Shown here: one piece after another, positions 47,831 through 57,422 of the stretch | Numbering within the stretch: the first letter of the stretch is position 1 | Layout: every line of letters begins with the position of its first letter | NCBI GenBank assembly: GCA_963712275.1 | Contig: CAVQHD010000001.1 | Coordinates: 160,001-224,000, forward strand | Reading direction: 5' to 3' | Origin: an uncultured Rhabdochlamydiaceae bacterium | GTDB taxonomy: Bacteria; Chlamydiota; Chlamydiia; Chlamydiales; Rhabdochlamydiaceae | DNA length: 64,000 nt | Notes under the pieces: model-generated | Told to the model about the DNA's origin: nothing | Seen by the model: only the letters and a program-made list of their open reading frames with translations | The model's database searches: none | Position numbers and translations under genes: made by a program

Positions 47831-50482
47831 TTAGAACTTCCGGCGACACCCCACCCCAACGCACTCACCGGAGCTGCTGCAGTAGATGTTGACGTAGAGG
47901 CCGCCCGCGGCAAAGCCGCCAACAACTAATGCCCATCCATTCTGCTTGTGATAGAGCTCTTGACACCGCGTATAGATCCCTGGACTATCAGGATAAAGCT
48001 TTTGGCCTGTACTAACGTGGTGGAGGAATATACAGGTGGTTGCTTCAAGGATCTTAGGAAGTTCGTAAGCTACCCCAGTTTTTTGAGCATGAGTTGCAAC
48101 GAGCTGCTTCTGATCGGCGTAAGTTTTATTGCGGCTTCCTTCGATGACGTCGCGAGTCATGAGGACCCAGTATGATTGGGTTACAGGTTGGTCTTGATAC
48201 TCGCCTAAATTAAAATACTTGTATTGCGTCGCAGGGCCTTGCTTTGGCTTTGCTGCGAGCTCTCCAAGGGTTTTTAGGGTGAGGGGTTGGCCATTCACAC
48301 TTGTTGGGATGAGGACGAGGAGGTGGGTCTCTTCGATTTTTTTGCCAGGCCAGAAGGGACAGGGGCTTTGGAGGATTTGGCCGATGTCGGCAGGGAGCGG
48401 CGGCTCTTCTCCAATATCTCCAAAGTAGGTGTCCCATTTGGCTTTTCCAAAGGCGATGGAGGGAAGAGAGAGAATCTTAGCAGGTGGAGGAGGGCTTTTT
48501 AAGTGGTCGAGCTCTTTCTGAAGAGTTGCAAGCTTATCGTTGATACGATTTAAGTCTTGACGTGTGGTGTCTAGCTCACGAGCGGTTTTGTCAAGGGTCA
48601 TAGAGAGTTGAGACACCTGGCTGTTTGATTCTTTAAGTTCCTTTGAAAGTTGATGCAGATGCTTCTGGGTCAGGAGGTGGACTTTCTGGGTGGTGTTGAG
48701 GTGTTGCATGAGGGGATCGATCTGTTGGAGCTCGGTGAGGATAGGGCCAAGCTGGGTGAGGCTGCCTTGAAGAAAGGCGAGAGTGGCGGCCTCGTAATAG
48801 GTTGGGACGGCTTGGGGGATGTTGTTGTTTGCGTGGAGAATTTTGGCAAGAGCGAGGGCTTGCTCAAGGGTTGGAAACTTCTCATACGCTTCTCGATAGA
48901 TCTTTTCCGCTTGGGGTTTATTGCCTTGATCTTGGTGGGCTTTGGCAAGGCAGTTTAAGATCTCTTGGAGTTTGGGGGATTTTAAGTCGGCGTAGAGAGC
49001 GGCGAGGGTTTCATAAAGGGGGATGGGGAGTGCAGGGAAGAGTTGGAGGGTTCCTTGTGCAATGGCGTCGGCGGCTTGAAGGTCTTTTCGCTGAAGGAGG
49101 GCTTGAAGCCATTGGAGGGCCCAGGGGAGGGCTTTTTGAGGTTTAGGGAGCTGGGATTGGGCTTTTAAGATTTTTTGGCAGTAGGAAGGTTGGAGGTCGA
49201 GGGTTGTGAGGTGCCGATAGGCTTTAACGATTTGCTTGAGGTCTTTTTGTGTTTCATACATCTGTCCAAGGGCGAGGAGTTTTGTTTGGAGCTGTTTTGG
49301 GTCTTGGCTTAAAAGTTTTAGATGAACGAGGCGGTCAAGAAAGGGGTTGGGAGATGCTTGTTCTGCTTGGAGGCAGAGCTTCTCAGCAACAATATATTCA
49401 TTATTTTCGAGGGCATGACAGGCGCCTGTGAGGAGGAGATGGGCTTTGTCTTGAGGATGGAGAAGGAGGTCTGAGAGGATGGTGTAAATCTGCCACTGGG
49501 TGGGGTCGTGTCTTAAGATGTATTGGTAGAGGAGGATGGCTTTCCCGGGGTGGTCTTTTTGACAGGCGGAGGCAGTATCAAGGGCAATGGGAATGGCTGC
49601 TCCGGTTTGCTTGAGAAGGGCATAAAGATGGAGTAGGATGAGGGTAAGGGGAATCTTAAAGCGAGGATTTTCTTGGAGGCAGGATGAAAGAAGCTGAGCG
49701 GCTTTCTCTATTTCTTGGGCTTGGAGTTGGTACTTGACAAGGTGGAGGGTGGCAAGGAGGGCTTTGAGGGGGTCTTTCATCCTTTGAAAGAGGAGGGGGA
49801 TGGTTTGATAGTCTTGCCATTTCTGGGTAAATTGGAAGGCTTTTTGATACGCTTCGAGGGCTTCTTGGTATTCTTGTTCTTGCATATAGGCTTGGGCGCT
49901 TTCAAGATTGCGGAGGGCGAGGGTTTCATTGGATTTCTTGAAGAGGTTGAAGGTGGGGATGGGGTCTTGCGCTTGCCAGGCTTCGAGGGTTTGCTTGAGT
50001 TGCAGGTTGGGAGTCAGGGTGGTGATGGGCTGGCGACTGAGGGGACAGGTCTTATTTTTCTTGAGGTGTTCTTTGATAGCGCCTCTCTCAAAAGTATGGC
50101 CGCAATTGTCGATGACGGGGTCTTTTAAGATCTCTAAGGTGATCGGACAGGTGAACGGTTCAGCCTGTCTGTTTTCAAGGGGGATTTCGAGTTTAACGAG
50201 ATTTAAGAGATGGTCTAACTCTTTCAGAGCGTCTTGAAGTGGCTGAGATGCAGAAGGGTTCGGAGGAAGGAGCTTTTTTTGCTCAAAGAGATCAAGGAGG
50301 GGTTTTACACGAGATGACGTGAAGAGGCTTTGGATGGTGGTGGGATCGGTTTCGAGCGCTGTTTTAAAGAGCCGTTTGCCTGAGATGTCGTAGATCTTCA
50401 AGCTAACAGTCGTTGGATCTTTGACTTGAAAGAGATAAACCTGATCAGCGGTGCGGTGTTGGTAAACAGATTTGAGAGCCAT
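47831..50482 (-). CDS. U-box E3-ligase-like, TPR and coiled-coil protein with hypervariable C-terminal domain (copy B)
   Basis: FTCPITLEILKDPVIDNCGHTFERGAIKEHL...TCPLSRQP..LTPNLQLK is a canonical U-box; helical repeats; same C-terminal ~205 aa as copies A and C. Confidence 0.88.
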   Translation of the reverse strand: MALKSVYQHRTADQVYLFQVKDPTTVSLKIYDISGKRLFKTALETDPTTIQSLFTSSRVKPLLDLFEQKKLLPPNPSASQPLQDALKELDHLLNLVKLEIPLENRQAEPFTCPITLEILKDPVIDNCGHTFERGAIKEHLKKNKTCPLSRQPITTLTPNLQLKQTLEAWQAQDPIPTFNLFKKSNETLALRNLESAQAYMQEQEYQEALEAYQKAFQFTQKWQDYQTIPLLFQRMKDPLKALLATLHLVKYQLQAQEIEKAAQLLSSCLQENPRFKIPLTLILLHLYALLKQTGAAIPIALDTASACQKDHPGKAILLYQYILRHDPTQWQIYTILSDLLLHPQDKAHLLLTGACHALENNEYIVAEKLCLQAEQASPNPFLDRLVHLKLLSQDPKQLQTKLLALGQMYETQKDLKQIVKAYRHLTTLDLQPSYCQKILKAQSQLPKPQKALPWALQWLQALLQRKDLQAADAIAQGTLQLFPALPIPLYETLAALYADLKSPKLQEILNCLAKAHQDQGNKPQAEKIYREAYEKFPTLEQALALAKILHANNNIPQAVPTYYEAATLAFLQGSLTQLGPILTELQQIDPLMQHLNTTQKVHLLTQKHLHQLSKELKESNSQVSQLSMTLDKTARELDTTRQDLNRINDKLATLQKELDHLKSPPPPAKILSLPSIAFGKAKWDTYFGDIGEEPPLPADIGQILQSPCPFWPGKKIEETHLLVLIPTSVNGQPLTLKTLGELAAKPKQGPATQYKYFNLGEYQDQPVTQSYWVLMTRDVIEGSRNKTYADQKQLVATHAQKTGVAYELPKILEATTCIFLHHVSTGQKLYPDSPGIYTRCQELYHKQNGWALVVGGFAAGGLYVNIYCSSSGECVGVGCRRKF

Positions 50483-50800
50483 AGATGCCTCCTTAAAATT
50501 TTAGAGGAAGTTTATCAGAAGGAGATAGTTCTTTGTCTAGTTTTTATTTTTAGTCTAATGGATCAGAAGGTTCAGTCCTATTTAGGAATCTTATCTCATG
50601 CCAATGAGTTTCATTTTTCACAGGCGATCAAAAATGCCTTCTGGATCAGAAAATGTCTCTAAAAAGAGCCCCAGCGATTGGTTGGGACCCCCTGAAAAGA
50701 TCCCAGCGATGTAGGACAATGCTTTTCCCCTTCCCAACTTGCCAGCCAAGTTACCAAGCGCTCTTTCCAACTTCCAAGGGATCCAATGGTCCAAGGGCTG

Positions 50801-52771
50801 TTAGAACTTCCGGCGACACCCCACCCCAACGCCCTCACCGTCGCTGCTGCGGCCGCAGTAGACGCCGAGGCCGCCCGCGGCAAAGCCGCCAACAACTAAT
50901 GCCCGTCCTTTCTGCTTGTGATAGAGCTCTTGACACTGCGTATAGGTGTTTGGAGCATCAGAATAAAGCTTTTGGCCTGTATTGACGTGGTGGAGGAATA
51001 TACAGGTGGTTGCTTCAAGGATCTTAGGAAGTTCGTAAGCTACCCCAGTTTTTTGAGCGTAGGTTGCGACAAGCTGCTTCTGGTCAGCATAGGTTTTATT
51101 GCGGCTTCCTTCGATGACATCGCGGGTCATGAGAACCCAGTATGATTGGGTTACAGGTTGGTCTTGATACTCTCCTAAATAAAAATGGCTGTATTTCGTT
51201 GCAGGGCCTTGTTTGGGCTTTGCTGCGAGCTCTCCAAGGGTTTTGAGGGTGAGGGGTTGGCCGTTCACGCTTGCGGGGATGAGGACGAGGAGATGAGTCT
51301 CTTCGACTTTTTTGTTGGGCCAGAAGGGACAAGGGCGCTGAAGGATTTGGTGGATGTCGGGAGGGAGCGGCGGTTCTGCCCCAACATCCCCAAAGTAGGT
51401 AGCCCATTTGGCTTTTCCAAAGGCGATGGAGGGAAGAGCAGAGGTGATGGGTTTGGGAGTGAAGACAATTGGAGATGGAGGTTGAAGCGAGGGGCTTGAT
51501 AGTGGAGAAGGCGGCGTTTTGTAGGTATGAGATGGCTGGGGTTGGGGAGAAGAAGGTGTTGCACTTCCAGCTGGGGCTTGTGGAGCTTGAATTTGCTGAA
51601 GCTTTTTATGCACAAACGTTCGGACTTTGCCTTGGGTGTCGAAGAGTTGAGTGACCCACCGGTAGAACTCTTGGTCTTGAGAAGTTAAGGTTTGGTTGGG
51701 ATCGAGGATGATGAGGAGTTCTGATTTTTGTTCCAAGACTTGAACGAGGTTGGGGTCTTGTTTTACAACTTCTTTTTCGAGGAGGTCGAGGATGTGTTCA
51801 AGGAGATAGTGGACGGTGGTGGGGTTGAGGGGTTTGGCGGGGTTGGGGAGGAGGTCGGGCTGGAGTTCGACCCAAAACCGGGCGAGGGTTTGGGATTTTT
51901 GGAAGACGACGATTTCATCCCAGGCGGGGTTTTGGGTGTCGGTACAGGGGTAGTAGTTGGCGCACATGGGGTCGGAGGGGTTGATGGAGATGACGGGGAT
52001 GTAGTGGGCGTTGTAGTTTTGGTAGGCGCCAAGGCCTTGTCCGAGTTTTTGCATGTCGCTGGGTGCTTGGGGGTCGTCGGCGATGACGGGGTAGGGTTCT
52101 CGGAGGGAGACCCAGGCGAGGAGGAGGTTGCCGTCGCTGTAGATGTCGGCGGCATATCTAGCGCTGGTGGTGAAGTAGATGCCGCTTCCGAAGAAGCCGA
52201 TGTCGGTGCTTTGGGTGTCGTCGGTGTCTTGGAGGAATTGGTGTTTGCCGAAATAGGTGAAGCCGGTTTGGCAGATGGAGTAGGCGATGGGGGCTTTGGT
52301 GCCATGCCAGAAGGGAAGGACTTTGGTGGAAGTATAGGTATCTTTTCGTTGATTGGATTGTTGGATGGAGAAGGGAGAATAAGGAGCTGCGAGGGTGCGG
52401 AAGCGGTGGATGACTTTTTGTCTTAAGGTGGGGAGGTCTTCTTGGTTCCAACGGGGGGCAAAGTGGGGGCTTTGGGCTTCTTGCTCCATGGTGGGGATGG
52501 CGGCTTCGAATTGGTTGGTGTGGTGGGGGTTGTGGATGCAGTAGGCGCGGGAGATGGAGCGGTTGAGAGGTCTTTGGGCTTGGAAGTACTGCTGGATGAA
52601 GGCCCATTCAGGATCGCCTTGGGTGATTTCACATTTGCGATAAGTGGAAGAGGTGGTTGTTTGGGCTTGAAGTCTTTGAAACAGGGCTTTGCTGATGTGC
52701 CAGGGGGTTTGGGGATTTGGGAGGAGGTTTGCTAGAGGGGGTGGGAGGCTGGTGGGGGTTGTTGAGTGCAT
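50801..52771 (-). CDS. PARP-like ADP-ribosyltransferase fused to a hypervariable C-terminal domain (copy C)
   Basis: Same length as and near-identical to 43995..45965, with clustered substitutions at the C-terminus. Confidence 0.85.
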   Translation of the reverse strand: MHSTTPTSLPPPLANLLPNPQTPWHISKALFQRLQAQTTTSSTYRKCEITQGDPEWAFIQQYFQAQRPLNRSISRAYCIHNPHHTNQFEAAIPTMEQEAQSPHFAPRWNQEDLPTLRQKVIHRFRTLAAPYSPFSIQQSNQRKDTYTSTKVLPFWHGTKAPIAYSICQTGFTYFGKHQFLQDTDDTQSTDIGFFGSGIYFTTSARYAADIYSDGNLLLAWVSLREPYPVIADDPQAPSDMQKLGQGLGAYQNYNAHYIPVISINPSDPMCANYYPCTDTQNPAWDEIVVFQKSQTLARFWVELQPDLLPNPAKPLNPTTVHYLLEHILDLLEKEVVKQDPNLVQVLEQKSELLIILDPNQTLTSQDQEFYRWVTQLFDTQGKVRTFVHKKLQQIQAPQAPAGSATPSSPQPQPSHTYKTPPSPLSSPSLQPPSPIVFTPKPITSALPSIAFGKAKWATYFGDVGAEPPLPPDIHQILQRPCPFWPNKKVEETHLLVLIPASVNGQPLTLKTLGELAAKPKQGPATKYSHFYLGEYQDQPVTQSYWVLMTRDVIEGSRNKTYADQKQLVATYAQKTGVAYELPKILEATTCIFLHHVNTGQKLYSDAPNTYTQCQELYHKQKGRALVVGGFAAGGLGVYCGRSSDGEGVGVGCRRKF

Positions 52772-52946
52772 GGAATTCTCCTTTTGTTGCGACTCGATAG
52801 AATCGAGTGAAAGGAAATATTAGGGAATGGTGAAGATATTTTTCAATAGGGGAATTTTACATGCATCCGGTTTTCTTCCGTCGCTAATCTTGCCGCTCAA
52901 AAAAATCTAGGCAAATCTACACAAACGCATAGACAAGCCGGACACG

Positions 52947-53906
52947 TCAACAGAGCAGTCGAGTTGACGATTCGCGTGCCGGAGTCTCGCCGGCAAGATT
53001 CGAGAGCATTGCTGTCACAGGAGTCGTTTGGGGGACTCTAGGATCGGTATGTACCGCCCGAAAATGCGCTGTCAGCGCCGCTGAAAGTTTCTTATTGAGC
53101 TGCCCCCATTGGCGCCATACATGCCGAGATCGATTCCTTGCAGGTAGATCAAGGGTGACATGGCCCCCTTTTCCATCGGGAATTTCCCTTTGGCCTTGGG
53201 GCATTCTTTCAGAAACTCCTAAAAATCTGCGGCCAATGCAAAGTGCGGCCGCCATATGAATTGTTAAGCCATAACGTTTTGCAAACTTGACTCGCCCGAT
53301 GAGCGAAGTAAAAGCAGGGTTGACGCTATAAACGGCGACTCTTTTTGAGGCCCCTCGGCTTTTAAGATGGGTGATGATTGATGCGTAGGCAAAGGCAGAG
53401 AGCATGCGAGAATAGGAGGGATCTTTTTCTCTAAGTTGGGCTTTCTTTTTCTTAAAGTCGAGGTTTTCAAGGACGAGGGGTTTTTGTGTCTTTTCACAAA
53501 GGGCAATAATTTGGGCCGAGGCATTGCCAATGAGGGCTTGGGCCTGGCCTTTGGAGGTATGATGAAGGGGAAGAGGGATATGGAGAATTTTTTTATTTTT
53601 AAGACGGGCAAGGGTCTCTTCAAGAGCTGCAATTTGGTGCTTTTTAGTTTCAATGCGCTGGGATTGCAATCGGAGAATAGAGTCGATTTTACCTTCGAGT
53701 TGGACACGGGCTGCATTGAATTGGCGGGCAGTGATACGAAAATGGGTGAGGTAAAATGATTTGAGATCTCCAGCAACTTTACCAGTTGCAATGTCTGCAA
53801 ATAAACAGCGCTCAACATGGCTCATAAGCAATGCATAAGCGGATAATGGCTTATCGAAGTCATCGAGAATACGGGTTTGATAAGTTCTGGGAGCAGTATC
53901 AGACAT
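52947..53906 (-). pseudogene. tnpB: TnpB-like protein with in-frame internal deletion removing RuvC-I
   Basis: N-terminus joins directly to IPLPLHHTSKG; the VAVDIN segment present in the 39522 copy is absent. Confidence 0.8.
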
Positions 53907-54358
53907 TTTCAGTCGCTTGTTTTAAAGCTTGTAAAAGTTTTTGGTTCTTTCTGGATCTGGCTCCATAAAGCCTTGCAGAAAATACGGCGATGATCGATTT
54001 TCTCAGAACAGATGCTTTGCATCAACTTCTTTAAACCTCGTTTCTGAAAATTGAGGCCTGAACCAAGATCTTGAACGACCTCATGAATCCATCCATTAGC
54101 TGTACAGAAGTTTTCTATGACTTGGGTTTGCCTGATTAGATCATCTTTCTGATCATGGCTGGAGACTCGTGCATAGCCGAGAGTATGTTTCTTTGAATTC
54201 AATTTCTTAGACTGTGCGGACGCATGCCTGGAAAGATCAAAACGACGATGGCCTTTAGGCGTCCTTTCAACAGTAATCTGGCCTGATTTTTCCCATCTGC
54301 GAAGTGTTTCTTGTGAAACGCCGAAATATTTTGCTGCTGTCCCAATGTTTACTTTCAT
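53899..54358 (-). pseudogene. tnpA: IS607 serine transposase with internal deletion and frameshift
   Basis: MerR-like HTH TLRRWE..GHRRF, YARVSS, DLGSGLN; C-terminal IIAVFSARLYGARSRKN lies in another frame. Confidence 0.85.
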
Positions 54359-54483
54359 GGGAATGAATTCTATACATTTTGTATAGATTTATCAAGAAAT
54401 ATCTATATTTTCTTCAACTGCTGCCAACCCTTCAACAAAAAAGGACTTGCCTCAACCGTGATTTGGTCAACTCTCCTAGAAGC

Positions 54484-54789
54484 CTACCAGCTTGCTTTGA
54501 CAATCCCTGGGATAAGCCCTTGATTTGCCATTTCGCGGAAGCAGAGGCGAGACATTTTGAACTTTCGGAGATATCCTCGAGCGCGTCCCGTAAATTGGCA
54601 ACGGTTGCGAAGACGGACAGGAGAAGAGTTTTTGGGAAGTTTATTAAGAGAAATTTGAGCTGCAAGCCGCTCTTCATTGCTTTTCGTCAAATCCTTAACG
54701 ATATTTTTAAGCTCTTGGCGACGGTTCCATTTTAGTTTTACAAGTCGCTCGCGTCGGTTTTGTTTTACAATCGAACTGAGTCGTGCCAT
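54484..54789 (-). CDS. rpsN: 30S ribosomal protein S14
   Basis: [20 protein letters not shown]...[20 protein letters not shown]. Confidence 0.97.
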   Translation of the reverse strand: MARLSSIVKQNRRERLVKLKWNRRQELKNIVKDLTKSNEERLAAQISLNKLPKNSSPVRLRNRCQFTGRARGYLRKFKMSRLCFREMANQGLIPGIVKASW

Positions 54790-54926
54790 TATTTCTTTCT
54801 CCCTGGGCCTTTTTGACGTTGTTTACGATTTGGGTCTGTTGCATTGATCACATAGACACGACCTTTCCGGCGCACTATCTTATCGCCTTTAGAGGGGTCG
54901 GCTTTAATCGAAGCTCGAACTTTCAT
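54789..54926 (-). CDS. rpmJ: 50S ribosomal protein L36 (zinc-free type; below ORF-track cutoff)
   Basis: [50 protein letters not shown] overlap with rpsN. Confidence 0.93.
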   Translation of the reverse strand: MKVRASIKADPSKGDKIVRRKGRVYVINATDPNRKQRQKGPGRKK

Positions 54927-55042
54927 ACCATTTCCTTTTATAAAATAGAGTCATTTTAAGGCTCTTTTATTTTCCTGGCAACAAGTTTCCCTTGAGAAGT
55001 TTTCTCAATATCAGGTAAGCTCTTATCTTTAGAGAAAAAAAT

Positions 55043-55177
55043 ATGAAAAGAACTTATCAACCTAGCAAACGTAAACGTCAAAAAACATGCGGCTTTCGAA
55101 AGCGAATGAAGACAGCCAAAGGGCGTCAAATCATCAATCGCCGCCGCCGGATCGGCCGCAAACGGCTCTCTGTTTAA
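55043..55177 (+). CDS. rpmH: 50S ribosomal protein L34 (below ORF-track cutoff)
   Basis: [44 protein letters not shown]. Confidence 0.95.
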   Translation: MKRTYQPSKRKRQKTCGFRKRMKTAKGRQIINRRRRIGRKRLSV

Positions 55178-55530
55178 GGCGCCGGTTTCCTAAGACTGCC
55201 CGCCTACGGACCCGTCAAGAGTTCCGAAGAGTGCAGCGGCAAGGACGCCGCATTCAAGGGCTATTTTTAATTTTTCAATTTACAAGTGAAAATTTTAATG
55301 ATATCCGATTAGGGATGACCGTTTCAAAGCAGTTTGGCCACGCTGTTTCTCGCAACCGCTTAAAACGAAGGATTCGGGAGGTTTTCCGCTTAGAAAAACA
55401 CCGTTTGCCAAAAGGGCTTTCGCTGCATGTCTCTCCCCGCCCGGGCATCGCTCTTCCTTCCACTAAACAAATTCAAGAAGATTTTAACATTTTATGCTCA
55501 ACGAAAAGCAACAACAAGCCATTGCAATAA
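55087..55530 (+). CDS. rnpA: Ribonuclease P protein component (start uncertain)
   Basis: FPKTARL...[30 protein letters not shown] (RNR motif); follows rpmH. Confidence 0.9.
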   Translation: MRLSKANEDSQRASNHQSPPPDRPQTALCLRRRFPKTARLRTRQEFRRVQRQGRRIQGLFLIFQFTSENFNDIRLGMTVSKQFGHAVSRNRLKRRIREVFRLEKHRLPKGLSLHVSPRPGIALPSTKQIQEDFNILCSTKSNNKPLQ

Positions 55531-57416
55531 CAGAGGGGTATGTGCTTGTCCTGGCGGGGGCTGGCAGTGGGAAAACCAGCGTCATCACCCACCGAATCGC
55601 GCATCTCATCAAAGATAAGCACGTGCCGCCCTCCTCTATTCTGGGGCTGACTTTTACCAATAAGGCCGCTGAAGAGATGAGAAAACGGGTGGCGGCCCTC
55701 GTCGATCCCTCCCTTGCAAAACAGGTTATTCTTTCCACATTTCATAGCTTTTGTATGAGAATTCTCCGAAAGGAGATCGACAAGTTAGGGTATACGAAAG
55801 ATTTCACCATTTATGATGAAAAAGAGACCCGGCGCCTCTTGAATCAACTGGTGAGAGAAGAATTAGCCCACGACGGCGATCTTCCGTCGCTTGACCCCAC
55901 ACTGGCTGCGATTTCCGTGGCTAAAAATAAAGCTCAAACTCCAGAGCAGATGGAGGGCGACCCATTTTCGAAAAACCTCTATGGCAAGCTTCAAACAACC
56001 ATGCGTGCTTATAACGCCGTCGACTTTGACAATCTGCTGCTTTTAACTCTTCGATTGTTCGAAGAGCACCCTGGGGTTGCTCTCAAATATCAAGACCGCT
56101 TCCGATACATCATGATCGACGAATATCAAGATACAAATCTCGTGCAATACCGCTTGGCAAAATGGCTCAGCGGAAAGCACCGCAACCTCTGCGTTGTAGG
56201 AGATGATGATCAGGCAATCTATGGCTGGCGAGGCGCCGATATTAAAAATATCCTCCAATTTGAAGCAGATGCGGTGATTAAGTTAGAGCAAAACTACCGC
56301 TCGACTCCTATTATTCTCCAGGCAGCTAACCATGTGATTCAACACAACCATGAAAGACACTCAAAAGAGCTTTGGAGCGCTCAGTCCTCCGGAAGACCGA
56401 TCGAGATTTTCCATGCCCCTTCCGAGGAAGAAGAAGCCAAAGCTGTTGCCGACCGGATGATCTGGTACCACCAGCAGGAAAATATCCCCTGGAATGAGAT
56501 GGCCATTCTCTACCGTTCAAATCTTCTTGCCAGACCGTTTGAAATTGCTCTCATGCAAGCCAGCTACCTTAAAAACGGCGCCTGGAGACGAGGGATCCCA
56601 TATCAAGTCTTTGGTGGGACTGAATTTGCAGAGCGGAGCGAAATTAAAGATATTGCCGCTTATTTACGTGTGATCAAAAATCCCCAAGATCAAGAAGCGA
56701 TCTTGCGAATTATCAACGTCCCGCGCCGAGGCATCTCCGACCAAGCGCTCGATAAACTCACCCAGAGAAATCGATTGGAAAAGCGCCCGCTTTGGTCTGT
56801 TCTCCAGCAGGCGGGAGCCGAAGACAACCTTTCAGACCGCGCTCTTTCAGGCATCCGGCAATTTCTTGAAATTATTAAGCAAGGGCAGGAGAAATTTTCC
56901 ACCCCCCCTTATCAAGATAGCCTCCGCTGGCTTGTGGAAACGATCAACTATCAAAAAGCGATTCAAGAAGAGGTTAAAAGCGAAAAAGCCCGCGCCTTTA
57001 AGTGGGAAAACGTCGAAGCTCTCATCCAGTCATCAGATGCCTATGACGATCTCCATGAGCTTCTCGGAACGCTTGCGCTCGATGACAACCCTTTTATCCG
57101 CTCAAATAAAGGAGCAGAGGCAAACCATGCCAATCTGCTGACCTTTCATAGCGCTAAAGGGTTAGAGTTTACCCTCTGTTTTCTCGTCGGGCTCGAAGAT
57201 CAAATCATGCCTCATGAAAAAAGCCTTGCAGAAAGAGGGCTTGAAGAAGAGAGGCGGCTGATGTACGTCGCGATGACACGCGCAAAAAAACACCTCGTGA
57301 TTTCCATGTCGCGCTACCGCCTCCGTTATGGAAAACAGACCGCCATGACTCCATCTCAATTTTTATTTGAAATCCCGCAAGAGCTGATTCAGCTTCGATC
57401 TTTTCGAGAAATTTAA
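55494..57416 (+). CDS. UvrD/Rep/PcrA-family DNA helicase
   Basis: AGAGSGKT, TFTNKAA, DEYQD, VGDDDQAIYGWRGA, LEQNYRS, HSAKGLEF, YVAMTRA. Confidence 0.95.
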   Translation: MLNEKQQQAIAITEGYVLVLAGAGSGKTSVITHRIAHLIKDKHVPPSSILGLTFTNKAAEEMRKRVAALVDPSLAKQVILSTFHSFCMRILRKEIDKLGYTKDFTIYDEKETRRLLNQLVREELAHDGDLPSLDPTLAAISVAKNKAQTPEQMEGDPFSKNLYGKLQTTMRAYNAVDFDNLLLLTLRLFEEHPGVALKYQDRFRYIMIDEYQDTNLVQYRLAKWLSGKHRNLCVVGDDDQAIYGWRGADIKNILQFEADAVIKLEQNYRSTPIILQAANHVIQHNHERHSKELWSAQSSGRPIEIFHAPSEEEEAKAVADRMIWYHQQENIPWNEMAILYRSNLLARPFEIALMQASYLKNGAWRRGIPYQVFGGTEFAERSEIKDIAAYLRVIKNPQDQEAILRIINVPRRGISDQALDKLTQRNRLEKRPLWSVLQQAGAEDNLSDRALSGIRQFLEIIKQGQEKFSTPPYQDSLRWLVETINYQKAIQEEVKSEKARAFKWENVEALIQSSDAYDDLHELLGTLALDDNPFIRSNKGAEANHANLLTFHSAKGLEFTLCFLVGLEDQIMPHEKSLAERGLEEERRLMYVAMTRAKKHLVISMSRYRLRYGKQTAMTPSQFLFEIPQELIQLRSFREI

Positions 57417-57422
57417 TTGAAA

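Larger units (their letters stand above)
52893..54429 (-). mobile_element. Decayed IS607-family element (tnpA and tnpB)
   Basis: Serine-resolvase tnpA overlapping tnpB (ATGTCTGA); GG at both inferred ends (GG-TTGGCAGCAGTTG... and ...TTTGAGC-GG). Confidence 0.85.
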
